This document shows positions 32,362 through 43,416 of a stretch of 64,000 nt of DNA, one piece after another; within the stretch, counting starts at the first letter, position 1; each line of letters begins with the position of its first letter. Position numbers and translations under genes: made by a program. Below the pieces are notes generated by a model. That model was not told where the DNA came from, made no database searches, and saw only the letters and a program-made list of their open reading frames with translations. Source of the DNA: Candidatus Poribacteria bacterium (lineage in GTDB: Bacteria; Poribacteria; WGA-4E; PCPOR2b); assembly GCA_965218095.1 (NCBI GenBank), contig OZ244587.1, positions 5,024,001 through 5,088,000 of the forward strand, given 5' to 3'.

Positions 32362-34116
32362 ATGTCGCTAGTCAGATTAGATCGTGTCACAAAATTGTAT
32401 GAACCTGATCTCATTCTCGATGAGGTCTCTCTGTCGATTGAACATGGTGACCGTATTGGGTTGATCGGGGTGAACGGGTGTGGCAAAACGACGCTGGTTG
32501 CGATTATCGCTGGCTTAATCAAGGATTTCAAAGGCAGCATTGTGTACGCCAGAAGATTACGAATTGGCTATCTTAGTCAAGAACCAGATTTAGGAGCCGA
32601 TTGCACACTACGTCAGGAAATGCTCAAGGTTTTTCAAAATCGACGCAACCTTGAGGATGAGATGCTGCTTCTCAGTGAGAGAATGGAAACGGCAGCGGAT
32701 AATCTGACGCTTCTGAATGCGTATGCTCGGCTGCAAGAGCGGTACGAGCAGATGGGCGGCTACGATTACGAGCATCAAATCAATCGAACACTGAGCGGAT
32801 TAGGATTTCGCGATGTAGATTTTAATTTGAAGATTGGCGTGTTAAGCGGAGGCCAGAAAAGCCGTGCTGCGCTTGCAAAATTGTTGCTTGGGGATGCGGA
32901 TCTGTTGCTGCTTGACGAACCCACCAACCATCTGGATATCAAAGCGATTGAGTGGTTGGAGAATTTTCTGAATACGGAGTATCAAGGGGCAGTTATCATC
33001 ATCTCCCACGACCGCTACTTTTTGGATCGCGTTATCCGGAAAATCGTGGAATTGCAGAATCACAGGCTCAAAGAATATCGTGGAAACTACACGAAGTATC
33101 TTGAAACCAAACAAATCGAGTTGCTGACACAGGAACGCGAATATAAAAAGCAGCAGCGGTTCATCGCACACGAGGAGGATTTTATCCGTCGCAACATTGC
33201 CGGACAACGCACACGAGAAGCACAAGGGCGACGGAAGTTGCTCGACCGGCTTGAACGAATCGAAAAACCTCAAACCGTTGAAAAAACAATCAAACTCCAC
33301 TTCACACCGGATGTGCGAGGCGGAAACGACATTTTGCAGTGCCAGAATTTGGAGAGGCGGTATGGCGATAAGCAGATCTTTGAAGGCTTGAATTTTGAGA
33401 TCTACCGTCAAGATATCGTCGGTATCATTGGGGCCAATGGGGTTGGCAAGACGACGTTGTTCCGAATGATTCTCGGAGATGAGCAGCCGACTTCCGGTGA
33501 GTTGAAAATTGGTCAGAATCTCCACTTTGGGTATTATGACCAGGAACTTGCTGGGCTTAACCGCGATAACACAATTATCGATGAAATTTGGAGGTTGCGC
33601 CCGCAACAGACACAGGGCGAGATTCGCAGTTTTCTCGGACGGTTCCTGTTTTCCGATGATAAGGTATTCAAAGTGATTGACGACCTCAGCGGTGGTGAAC
33701 AGAGCCGGGTTATGCTCGCCAAATTGCTCCTGGAAAATGCGAACGTTCTCCTGCTCGATGAGCCAACCAACCATCTGGACATTCCGTCGCGTGAAGTCTT
33801 TGAGGAGGCATTGGCAGAGTATCCGGCAACCATTATGATGATTTCCCACGATCGCTACCTTCTGAACAAGCTTGCTACCAAACTATTGGTCTTTGAGAAT
33901 CGCACGGCAAAACTATTCGTCGGAACTTATGCTGAATACGAAGCCCACGTTCAAGCACAAAAACGACGAGCGATGCAAGAAAAAGAGGCAGATGAGCAGG
34001 CGAAGAAGTTAGAGCGGCAAGAAAAGCAGAAGGGGGAAAGGTTGCGAGTTGCTTCGACTTCAAAGCAGTCGAAGAAAAAGCGGCGGATAAAGGCACAGCG
34101 GGTGGCTAATGTGTGA
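32362..34116 (+). CDS. ABC-F family ATPase
   Basis: Two NBDs (GVNGCGKTT, GANGVGKTT; LSGG; LLLDEPTNHLD twice), no TM domains. Confidence 0.95.
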   Translation: MSLVRLDRVTKLYEPDLILDEVSLSIEHGDRIGLIGVNGCGKTTLVAIIAGLIKDFKGSIVYARRLRIGYLSQEPDLGADCTLRQEMLKVFQNRRNLEDEMLLLSERMETAADNLTLLNAYARLQERYEQMGGYDYEHQINRTLSGLGFRDVDFNLKIGVLSGGQKSRAALAKLLLGDADLLLLDEPTNHLDIKAIEWLENFLNTEYQGAVIIISHDRYFLDRVIRKIVELQNHRLKEYRGNYTKYLETKQIELLTQEREYKKQQRFIAHEEDFIRRNIAGQRTREAQGRRKLLDRLERIEKPQTVEKTIKLHFTPDVRGGNDILQCQNLERRYGDKQIFEGLNFEIYRQDIVGIIGANGVGKTTLFRMILGDEQPTSGELKIGQNLHFGYYDQELAGLNRDNTIIDEIWRLRPQQTQGEIRSFLGRFLFSDDKVFKVIDDLSGGEQSRVMLAKLLLENANVLLLDEPTNHLDIPSREVFEEALAEYPATIMMISHDRYLLNKLATKLLVFENRTAKLFVGTYAEYEAHVQAQKRRAMQEKEADEQAKKLERQEKQKGERLRVASTSKQSKKKRRIKAQRVANV

Positions 34117-34137
34117 TTGGTATCAAAAAAATACGCG

Positions 34138-34383
34138 TCATCCGTACTTCTCCATACGATGTTCGTCAAGCCACTGTTGAACTTCTGCGTCGGACGGTAC
34201 TGACTGGCTTGCCGCCAGGAGGCCTAGAGCTTTTTCCAAGGTATTGCGTTTAGATTGGGAATTTTCCACTTCTGGTACAAGTGTTTTTAGGACATCTTGC
34301 ACGAGTGAAAAGTGGCTGGCAGGCGGCCAGTTGCGAACAATTTCGATAACCGCTTCGTAGCTAGTTGGTTCAGCGGTTTGCAT
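34138..34383 (-). CDS. Small hypothetical protein, orphan antitoxin-like
   Basis: 81 aa ending PSDAEVQQWLDEHRMEKYG; no adjacent toxin. Confidence 0.55.
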   Translation of the reverse strand: MQTAEPTSYEAVIEIVRNWPPASHFSLVQDVLKTLVPEVENSQSKRNTLEKALGLLAASQSVPSDAEVQQWLDEHRMEKYG

Positions 34384-34506
34384 AGTTCTTTCCCCCTTCA
34401 GTTGGTTGGATATAAAAGTGACTACTACTATACCATTTTGACTCATGAATCATCAATATCAAGATCCAACTGGAAACCCTTCTAGAATAATAAGGAGATC
34501 GTAGCG

Positions 34507-35550
34507 TTGACATCAAAATTATCGTACAGAGATCTTCATAAAGAAGCCCTCGTCATTGACTCCCACAACGATGCAGTTGTCGGCCACATCCGTCGAGGGA
34601 ATATCAGTATTTCGGGTCGCGAGACGCCCGACCACATGCGACATGATGGGACGGTCGCTCAGTTGCGCGGGCAGTTGGACGCGGCGAGACGGGAGGTTAA
34701 AGTCCAGATTAATCTGCCGAAGATGCGTCAGGGCGGAGTTGACGCCGCGTTTTTCGCAGTTGATGTGACGAGCGCGTGGCAGAATCACCTTTCCTACGCT
34801 TTAGATGCCATCGGCTTTTTTGAGGCGGAAGTCGAGACGCATGCCGACGAAATCATCATTGCCAAAACGGCAGAGGATATTCAGCAGGCAAAAGCGGAAG
34901 GCAAACTTGCCGCGATCCTGGTCATCGAGAATAGCGATGGAGTGGAGCGAAGCCTGAATATTCTGCGGGCGCTTCACCATCTGGGTGTCCGATCCATTGG
35001 ACTGACCCACGACCCAACCTCATGGGCGGCGGCTGGCAACGCTGAGACAAATAGCGGCGGTGGGTTGACGCGATTTGGTGTGCAACTGCTTAAAGAGATG
35101 AATCGGCTGGGGATGCTTGTCGATGTCTCCCATATCAGTGAACGGGGATTTTGGGATGTGCTTGAAACTGCGGAACGCCCGGTCATCGCCTCTCACAGCA
35201 ACTGTAAGGCGCTCTGTGGTCATTCACGGAATCTGACCGACGAACAGATTAAAGGCGTTGCCGAAAACGGCGGCGTCATCGGTGCAACATTTGTACGCTG
35301 GTTCATTGACGAAAATGCGCCCACATTTTCCCGTTATCTGAATCATATCGATCATATCGTCGATCTGGTCGGCGATGATCATGTTGGCATCGGATCCGAT
35401 TTCGATGGCGGCGGCGACATACTCAAGGATGCGACGGAATTTCCTAAGATTACTGAGGGGCTGTTGGAGCGGGGCTATTCGGCGGAGGCAGTCAGGAAGA
35501 TTCTTGGGGAGAATCATCTGCGTGTGTTTGCGAAGGCTTGTCAAGGATGA
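34507..35550 (+). CDS. Membrane dipeptidase (peptidase M19)
   Basis: IDSHND, VDVSH, ASHSN, HVGIGSDFDG, ILGEN. Confidence 0.93.
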   Translation: MTSKLSYRDLHKEALVIDSHNDAVVGHIRRGNISISGRETPDHMRHDGTVAQLRGQLDAARREVKVQINLPKMRQGGVDAAFFAVDVTSAWQNHLSYALDAIGFFEAEVETHADEIIIAKTAEDIQQAKAEGKLAAILVIENSDGVERSLNILRALHHLGVRSIGLTHDPTSWAAAGNAETNSGGGLTRFGVQLLKEMNRLGMLVDVSHISERGFWDVLETAERPVIASHSNCKALCGHSRNLTDEQIKGVAENGGVIGATFVRWFIDENAPTFSRYLNHIDHIVDLVGDDHVGIGSDFDGGGDILKDATEFPKITEGLLERGYSAEAVRKILGENHLRVFAKACQG

Positions 35551-35609
35551 GTGACGCTCATTTTCTTCACCGCCTCCTTGGTTCTTGCATGACCGAACAT
35601 GTTCTCTGA

Positions 35610-36422
35610 TCATACGGATTGCCCGATAAAGGTCACCGTGCAATATCCTCCAACTCCCCACGACTCCCCACGCAACAGCAAATGATCTGTCATCGTCTCC
35701 CCCTTCCCGTTGCGTGTACCGGTTGGCATATAGTGAATGACCATCGCCCGGCGCTCATGGTCTGACCGATTCGGATTCGTCTGATGTAGCATCAGGCAGT
35801 GATGCACCATCGCATGCCCCGCCTTGACTGGAACAGGCGCCGCACGGACTTCATCCACTTTTGCTCTCAGCAGCGCGGGGAGTTTCCCCTTTTCTGACGT
35901 GGCACGGTCGTGATCTGCGGCGTTTTCCAAATGGCTACCGGGGATAACGTTCATGCAGCTGTTCTCTTCATCGGCGTCGTCGAGCGCCATCCAGATACTC
36001 ACCAGGTGGGGCGGCGTACAACGCTAGTATCCGTTGTCCTGATGCCACGGCACTTCGCCGCCGTGACGGGCCGGCTTATAAAGGGCTTGATCGTGGAACA
36101 ACTGGATGTTAGGACCAATCAAGCTCTCGGCGATGTCCAACAACGGCTCGTGATAGAGCAGCTTGCGGTACACCTCATCGTAGTGCCACATTTCCATAAT
36201 CTGCAACATCTCCTCTGAGCGGTCTACGGTTTCGTCCTGCTCTGACTCACCGACGACAGCGAGGTTGCGCAGCCCCTCACCGCTTGTGTCGCATTTTTGT
36301 GCAAACAGCGCGTCGTAACGCTCGCGCAGCAAGGCGAGGTGGTCATCTGCGATGATGCGATGTGGAATTTTGAGATACCCTCTCCGTTGAAACTGTTCGA
36401 CTTGTTGTGGCGTGAGTTTCAT
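35610..36422 (-). pseudogene. PhyH family dioxygenase with in-frame TAG at 36024-36026
   Basis: PWHQDNGY*RCTPPHLVSIWMALDD..IPGSH continues in one frame. Confidence 0.85.
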
Positions 36423-36444
36423 AGAATCCCCCTTCTAAATAGAT

Positions 36445-37549
36445 GAGGGGTGCTCATAAGTAGACTTGAGTCAGGATAACGGTTATAATCTAATCTAACG
36501 TGCAAGAAAGAGAGGATTATAACATGGGTTATCCTGACAGTACGTATTATATCACATTTTTGTTTGAACAACTTGACCATTTCAACGCTTCCAGCCATGC
36601 ACCGCCACCTGAGAGCCATGGACGTCCGAAATCGTATACAGACGACTGCTTGATTGTCCTTTTTGCCATCTTAACGCTCAAAGGCCTCCATCGCTTTAAG
36701 GCACAACACAGATGGCTCAAGCTACACCCGCAGTGGCTGTGTCGTCTTAAACTGGCATGTGTTCCGTCTCGGGCAACCCTTTGCCGACGCTACAAACAAC
36801 TCGCTTACCAGCTAGAGGCGTTCATCGGGTATCTCGGTGATGTGGGAATGACTTTGATACCTGACTCACCTCCAGAGGTGGTTTACCAAGACAAAAGTCT
36901 GTTTAAGGCAAAAGGAAGCGTCTGGCATCAGAAGGATAGAAATGCCAATCGCATCCCAACTGGCATCCGTGCCATTGACACAGACGCCAGTTGGTCAAAG
37001 AGTCACTATCACGGTTGGGTTTACGGCTATGGGCTTCATCTGACCGTCTCTATAGAGGGATTGCCTCGTATGAGTGCCATTGACACCGCGTGTGTGAGTG
37101 AAAAAGCCGTCCTTGACCGACAACTCGACACACTGCTTGAACAGAACATCGGGTATTTAGTCGCTGATGCCGGCTATACCGACTTGAAACGTACCCAACA
37201 CTTGGCGAACCAGGGACTGTTGCTAATCACTCCCGTCAGAGGCGCAAAGAGTCAGCGGGCACGGCGTTATGTTGAAGCGGTGAATCAATCGGCGCAGTTG
37301 CAGACCTATCAACACAAGCGCAAGGTTGCTATTGAACCTATCTTTGGATTGTTGAGCCAATTACTATCGACCCATACCAATCATAAGCAATTGCCGGTGA
37401 GTCGAAAAGCGAATGTCTCTACCTTTTTGATGCTGGGGGTGGTTTTACTGCAACTGGCTATGTTAGTCAATTCTATTTGGGGAAGACCCCTGAGAAATGT
37501 AACACATCTGATTACACTCTTTCGATAAGGGGACTTATGAGCACCCCTC
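36445..37549 (+). mobile_element. IS element A, copy 1 (1105 bp), DDE transposase 36500-37528, IS982/IS5-like
   Basis: TIR GAGGGGTGCTCATAAGT; DKS, GWVYGYGLH, ADAGY, RKVAIEPIF. Confidence 0.92.
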
Positions 37550-37557
37550 AAATATAT

Positions 37558-38666
37558 GAGGGGTGTGCATAGTAGTTCATTGGAAAACAGCCGCCATATG
37601 AGAGATATTGCGAGCAGGTAACTTCCATATGGCATTGGCAATCATAGCCACTTGCACTGATAACACCCCGATAGCTAAACAACAGCGTACATTGAAAAAC
37701 CCCTTGACCGGTAACTGCTTCTGTTGAGGAGTGGTGCCTATCACTTTAGCAATCAAGTCAAACAACGGTTCAACCGAACTGCGACGTTTGCTTAAACAGA
37801 GACGCTGCTTGGGTTGGTTGATAAATCGATGATACGCCTTGGCAAACCGTCCCTTTGTCCATCTAAGTGCCGGGGTAATCAAAGCGACTTGTGCCTTCGC
37901 CCAACGACGGATACGGTCTGCTTGGGTATAGGCATCATCGGCAGTGAGTGTCTGCGGTGAAAGTTGTGTCAGAATCTCAGACGCTTTAGCATCTATCGCC
38001 CAACTTTCGGAGACCGACGCACGGTGCACAGTTATCAGTGTTGGGAACGCACCTTGTGTGCAGATAATGTGAAGTCCGTAGCCATAGACCCAGCCATGAT
38101 AACCACTCTTGCTCCACGTGGCATCGGTGTCGAGGTTGCGTAGATGTTTAGGTACTTTTCCTGCTTTGCGGTCAGTTTGATGCCAGACGGGTCCTCGTGC
38201 CTTAAATAAACTTTTGTCGGCTACCAGATGAGCCAAGTTGAATTGTTGGGACAAGTCAGTGGCATACTGACCGATAAACAATACAAATGCCTCTATCACT
38301 TCATATAATGCCTTATAGCGACGTGCAATCGTGGTTCGATGAGGGGGCTGTTGCCACCCCAGCATTTGTAACACTTCTGGGTGATTGATTAGCCACCGCC
38401 ATTGCGTTTTGAAGCCATAGATGCCGTGAAACTGCATCAACATGAAGAAAATGATAAACGAGGTGGTTGAATATGTCAATGGTTTTGCGTGTGTGACACC
38501 TGGTTTGTCAATACGGTGTTGCATAAACTGCTCAAAGAGTTGCATAATAAGAGTGACATAATCAGCCAACATTGGTCTTTGTACCATATTGGGGCTCCTT
38601 TTGCTATGATAACAATAGGAAACCCTTTTGGCTTGATTATGTCAACTATATTTATGCACACCCCTC
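37558..38666 (-). mobile_element. IS element B (1109 bp), related DDE transposase 37577-38587
   Basis: TIR GAGGGGTGTGCATA; DKSLFKARG, GWVYGYGLH, ADDAY, RSSVEPLF. Confidence 0.92.
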
Positions 38667-38728
38667 AAATAGATTAGGACTTACGCATTTGAGCGAAAAT
38701 ATAGCATGGAGGCCGCCAAATAAGCACA

Positions 38729-39715
38729 CTATCCCAACTCAACCGGCGCCCCAATCTCCGCGGACCTCTTCACCGCGCGGCAAATCGCCACCGCTTTCAT
38801 GCCGGCTTCACCGCTTGCGCGAGGTTCGCTTCCCGTCTGAATGCACTCGATGAAGTGCTCGATCTCCGCACGAAAAGAATCAAAGTTCGGGTAGCTTTCC
38901 TCTCGCACAGCCTCCGGATTATTTCGGAAAGCGTAACGCAACGTCTCCGCGCGGTCAAACCCACCTGTCACTTCAGCGACGCCGTTTTCGTTGGCGACGT
39001 AGAAATCCTCAAAACTGAACGCCCCCATCGAAACCATACCGGTGTTGGCAACCCCAATCGCACCGCTTTCAAATCGCAGGGTAAACATCACGCAGTCAAT
39101 CTGTGGCTTCCGATGCGGCGCAAAGAAGGTCCCACCTTCGGCGTAAACCCGCTCGACATCTCCCATCAGAAAGCCGAGAATGTCTGCGGCATGCACGGCG
39201 TTTTCGAGGATAGGCCCGCCGCCATCGTTTTCTGCCCAGAACCAATCTTTGTTCGACATCCCCGGATGCGGATACCGGTGAACCATGTACTGAATCGGGC
39301 CGAATTCGCCTTCCGTCAGTTCCTTCAAACGTAGGAGCGGCGGGATGAACCGTTTCTTGTGCCCGATCTGCAAAACAACACCGGACCCTTTGCACACATC
39401 GATCATCCCCTGACAGTTCGCAACCGTGCTCGCCATCGGCTTCTCACACAGTACGTGAATGCCACGCTCCGCCGCCATGCGTGTTAACGCCAGATGAACC
39501 TTCGGCGGCGTGCAGATGCTGATTGCCGCTAGGTCTTCTGTATCCAGCATCTCCTCTGTAGTGGTATACCCTTTGATGCCGTACTTTGACGCGAAATCGC
39601 CTGCAATTTGTGGGACGATGTCGCATACGCTGACCAACTCGGCGTCGGGGCTGGCAGCCCATCGCTCGACATGAGCCCGGCCAACGCCTGCCAGTCCAAT
39701 CACAGCAACTTGCAT
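38729..39715 (-). CDS. Gfo/Idh/MocA family oxidoreductase
   Basis: VAVIGLAGVG, LCEKPMA, GGGPILENAVHAAD. Confidence 0.92.
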   Translation of the reverse strand: MQVAVIGLAGVGRAHVERWAASPDAELVSVCDIVPQIAGDFASKYGIKGYTTTEEMLDTEDLAAISICTPPKVHLALTRMAAERGIHVLCEKPMASTVANCQGMIDVCKGSGVVLQIGHKKRFIPPLLRLKELTEGEFGPIQYMVHRYPHPGMSNKDWFWAENDGGGPILENAVHAADILGFLMGDVERVYAEGGTFFAPHRKPQIDCVMFTLRFESGAIGVANTGMVSMGAFSFEDFYVANENGVAEVTGGFDRAETLRYAFRNNPEAVREESYPNFDSFRAEIEHFIECIQTGSEPRASGEAGMKAVAICRAVKRSAEIGAPVELG

Positions 39716-39905
39716 ACAGTTCTCCTTTTAAGGGCGAAGTAGGGCCCCGACAGAGCTGTGCTCGTTTTGTAGTTTAGCAAAGGGCGTTTTTAGAGTCAAG
39801 GCAAATGGGAGGCCGTAAAAAAGATAAAACTTGACAAAGAACGATGAATCCCATAAACTAAACCCAATAGCGATTTTGAATTATTAGTCGTAGGAGGCGT
39901 CTACA

Positions 39906-40139
39906 TTGATCTGTCCCCAATGCGGTGCTAAGGTACAAATGCTCAAAAGCGAATCTGCATTCTGTCTCAATTGTGATTGGGATAACCTAGAGCAGATTCC
40001 CCAATCCGGACAACGCAAAGATTGCAGGCATTTGTGGGTTTTACGGGTAAACGAAGTCGATGGCACATCACAATGGTGGTGTGTACACTGCTTTGAACGT
40101 CGTGATTTTCAAATGGCATTGATGTATCTGCGACCATGA
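39906..40139 (+). CDS. Small double zinc-ribbon protein
   Basis: CPQC..CLNC..CRH..CVHC; AGGAGG RBS before TTG; TTGACA-N17-TAAACT upstream. Confidence 0.6.
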   Translation: MICPQCGAKVQMLKSESAFCLNCDWDNLEQIPQSGQRKDCRHLWVLRVNEVDGTSQWWCVHCFERRDFQMALMYLRP

Positions 40140-40281
40140 AATCAGCTAGTGAATAGGCTAGGTACTAAGAGTTCATCAGTTCAAGAGTTCAGGAGTGCAA
40201 TGAACCAATGAACGTTTGAACTCGCGTTTTACGCCTTACGCTTGCAAGGAAAATCGGCAAACTATTGAGGAGGCCTCTGAG

Positions 40282-41004
40282 ATGCGTTTTTCACTAAAAG
40301 ATAAGGTTGCTATCGTCGTCGGGAGCAGCAGCGGTATGGGAAAGGCAACAGCCATCACGTTTGCTAAAGCGGGGGCAAAAGTTGTTCTGGCTGCACGTAG
40401 CGCGGATAAACTGGAGGCGTTGGCGGCCGAGATTGGCGAAAATGCGCTCGCCTGCCTGACTGATGTCCAGGACGCGACTGCGGTGGATGCAATGATCGCA
40501 AGGACATTAGATCACTTCGGACGGATCGATATTCTCGTTTACGTCACCGGCACAAATATCCCCGAGCGAAACCTCAAAGTCTTGTCCAACAAGACGTGGA
40601 ATATGATGATCCAAACGAATCTGACGGGCGCGTTTTACTGCACGAAAGCGGTTCTGCCGACGATGCGCGGTCAGAAAAGTGGGTTAATCATCTACGTCTC
40701 AAGCGCCGCGGTGCAGTTGCCCGATACCTCCGGCGTTTCCTATCAGGCAAGCAAACACGGGATGGTTGGGCTTGCTCATGGCACGTTCAAGGAAGAAAAA
40801 GAGAACGGCATCCGCACCTCGATGATTTTCCCCGGTTTGACGGATACGCCACTTGTTCTAAAACGCCCCGTGCCGACGCCGCCTGAAGTTATAGCAAAAG
40901 CCCTGCAACCACAGGATGCCGCCGATGCATGCCTGTTTGTTGCCTTGCTACCGCTACGAGCGTACGTGCCGGAGTTGGTGCTGCTGCCTGCTGGTTTGGC
41001 GTAG
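40282..41004 (+). CDS. SDR family oxidoreductase
   Basis: GSSSGMG, NLTG, YQASK. Confidence 0.92.
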   Translation: MRFSLKDKVAIVVGSSSGMGKATAITFAKAGAKVVLAARSADKLEALAAEIGENALACLTDVQDATAVDAMIARTLDHFGRIDILVYVTGTNIPERNLKVLSNKTWNMMIQTNLTGAFYCTKAVLPTMRGQKSGLIIYVSSAAVQLPDTSGVSYQASKHGMVGLAHGTFKEEKENGIRTSMIFPGLTDTPLVLKRPVPTPPEVIAKALQPQDAADACLFVALLPLRAYVPELVLLPAGLA

Positions 41005-41081
41005 CAGTTCATATTTCACTAGCTCTATAGATTGCAGCCTCACATAAACTCAAGATCTCTCAACACAACGGGTGGAGCGTA

Positions 41082-41399
41082 ATGATCTACGAATACAGTG
41101 GTTACCTTTGTTTCAGACCATCACCCGATCAAAAGTTGCGAAAGGCTGAGGAACTTGCAGGTAAATTTGGATTAGAGATTGATCCCGGGGCCAACTACAT
41201 CGAATTTGAATATTCTGGGAGAGATAGGAATCGTAAAATTGTACAACTCCTTTTCCAGATGGCTGAGATCATCGGTGACGCCGAAAGAGAAATTGTTTGC
41301 ACTATAGATAGGGAAGGCGCCGATCCCGTCTTCGAGTTCTACTCGATAAGGCATGGCAAGTTGCATCGACAAAAGGGGCGAATATTTAGAGGGTATTGA
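41082..41399 (+). CDS. Hypothetical protein
   Basis: 105-aa ORF with GGAG RBS. Confidence 0.6.
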   Translation: MIYEYSGYLCFRPSPDQKLRKAEELAGKFGLEIDPGANYIEFEYSGRDRNRKIVQLLFQMAEIIGDAEREIVCTIDREGADPVFEFYSIRHGKLHRQKGRIFRGY

Positions 41400-41495
41400 A
41401 GAAACAGCCAATCTGAAGTCTGATTAATCTTCTTGTCAAGCGTTAACGGCAATCGGTAGAAATCTAATCAGCTAAGCACTGCCACGCGGAACCCA

Positions 41496-42338
41496 TCATT
41501 TTTGCGCTTGAGCCAGCTCTGGCGGCAGGCCCTCCACACCCTGGTGTTGGTGCCCAGCAGACGTTGGCCATGCCTGGCCACCCTTAAATTCAAAATCGCC
41601 AAGGCCACACAACTAGTCAAACAACCGTGCCGGGTCAAGGGCATTCCAATGGTTCTCGTGCACCGAATCGCTGTTGTGGAATTCCACCTGTGTAAAGTCG
41701 AAATCCGGATCAACAATCCAGTCGCGCTTCGGCGAGACCGTCCGACGGTAGTTGTACTTGAGCAAGTTCCGGATGCCACTGCTAGTGGCAGTAGTAGCGC
41801 GGTGCAAAATCGAGTAGTGGGTGATGAAGATTGACCCTGCTGGCGCGGTGGTCAGCACTCCCCGGCGGATGTTTCCGTAGTGCTTCATGAAACGGCGCGC
41901 CCCGCGGAGAAAGTGCGTACCGGGCACCAACCCCGTCGGCCCTATTTCTTTGGGTGTGTCCTGCGGGTAATAGAACACCTGCAAATAGTTGAGATCCCGC
42001 GAAAACATCCCCCCGCCATCGCGGTGCCAACTGCAGGTTACAGTCATCGGACACTCTTTACGATGGTTGCTCATCAGCATCGACAGCTTGAAGTCTTTAC
42101 CCAGAAGTGATCGCACCGCGCCCGCTGCCTGCGGATTCTTGATGACCCCCTCAACAAACCAGTCTTCGGCCAGGATTTCGACCGGTTCCACAGTGGGGTG
42201 CTCATCAAGGAAACTGAGCGTGCGGCGGTTGACTTCGTCTGGTACCACGGCTTCGAGTATCAAGAACCCCTTCTGGCAAAATTCGATTACTTGCAAATCC
42301 GTCAGTGTCGGTTCACAATCGTACGTTTTGTTGATCAT
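41496..42338 (-). CDS. PhyH family dioxygenase; in-frame TAG at 41613 removes the last ~38 aa
   Basis: WHRDG, LVPGTH, AGSIFITHYSILHR; RLFD*LCGLGDFEFKGGQAWP continues in frame. Confidence 0.8.
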
Positions 42339-42365
42339 CACTAAGTTCCTTTCCTGAATGTGGGT

Positions 42366-42734
42366 TTACTTCGAGAGGACGAATTCGCAGCCAATCCCAT
42401 AGGTCTCGTCGTCAGCCGTCATCATTAGCGCCATCTCAGGGAATTTGATGATGCGCCAGCCATTGCACATCGCTTCGTGCACTGTCTGATACGGCCAGTC
42501 GTCGGAGTCGTCGGGGCCATTACGTACACCGTCACCGTCTACGATTGCCATAGCCTCGACCAACGATGTGACCAGGGTACTCTGGGCTTGAAGGTACAGC
42601 AGGCGTTGGCATTGACCGTTGGCTTTTATTTGACTGTTCACGCTTTCCAAAGTCCGCTGTAAGTCCCCCTTAGTTAGCGTGCCGGAGCAGAACTTGTCCA
42701 GACACTGTTCCAGTTGTTCCTTCACTTCAACCAT
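42366..42734 (-). CDS. Hypothetical protein upstream of PhyH
   Basis: GGAGG RBS; WPYQTVHEAMCNGWRIIKFP..GCEFVLSK. Confidence 0.7.
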   Translation of the reverse strand: MVEVKEQLEQCLDKFCSGTLTKGDLQRTLESVNSQIKANGQCQRLLYLQAQSTLVTSLVEAMAIVDGDGVRNGPDDSDDWPYQTVHEAMCNGWRIIKFPEMALMMTADDETYGIGCEFVLSK

Positions 42735-42991
42735 AGCTAAACCTCCAATCGCTTGTGCGAATTTTTCGTCATGTAGATGTTCATTGCTTGCAACATCGCT
42801 CAAATAGGTTCCGTGGTGATTATTATACCCACCTAGCAAGTCCTGTCAATACGAAAGCGTTAGAAGTAATCGTTAAAAGAACGGGAAGAAAGGAAGAAAC
42901 GGAAGGATAGGGTATCCAATCTTCCCTCCTTCCTTTCCTGCCAATTTGATGCACATTATACGAAAAATCAAGCCTCAGTCGGTATAAGGGA

Positions 42992-43410
42992 TTATTCCTG
43001 TTGCCTCAGCACTTGCAGCCCAGTTGCTGGGGAATAAAGGAAAGTGATGTTACCGTCAACATCTGTACGAAGGACGTTTTCTGGTGAGCAAACGGTGTGC
43101 AAAAAATGAAGGGCTTTGGGGTGAGGAAATTGATGACGTTCATGTGGAGCAACAGAGATAATCGCATATTCCGGTCGGATACTTCTCAACACTTCCAAAC
43201 TTGTGCCGTAATTACTCCCGTGGTGACTCACCTTCAGCACACGAGAAGAGAGTTGTCCCCCATGATCTAGGATGATCTGCGCTCAACTCTCAAATTGCGC
43301 GTCGGCAGCCAAAAGCAAGCTAAATTGGGGAGTATACTCAGGGCGAAGCACAAGGGAGGCGTTGTTGATGTCGGAGAGGGTGTTTTTCAATGAGGATGGG
43401 TTGAAAACAA
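42992..43410 (-). pseudogene. ComEC/Rec2-type metallo-beta-lactamase C-terminal remnant
   Basis: DINNASLVLR..LLAADAQFES* then frameshift to LKVSHHGS..AIISV..FPH..RTDVDGNI. Confidence 0.75.
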
Positions 43411-43416
43411 GCGAGG

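Noticed and set aside
32842-33849. 335-aa antisense ORF and similar shadow ORFs (19347-20057, 29911-30513, 62009-62587)
   Set aside because: They lie entirely opposite well-supported genes and show no recognisable motifs
36024-41615. Amber (TAG) recoding, suggested by in-frame TAG at likely Trp sites (36024, 41613) and others (6953, ~12792)
   Set aside because: Intact genes also terminate with TAG (3055, 28357, 41004, 62521), in-frame TGA lesions occur too, and each case is one substitution from a sense codon; pseudogenisation is the simpler explanation
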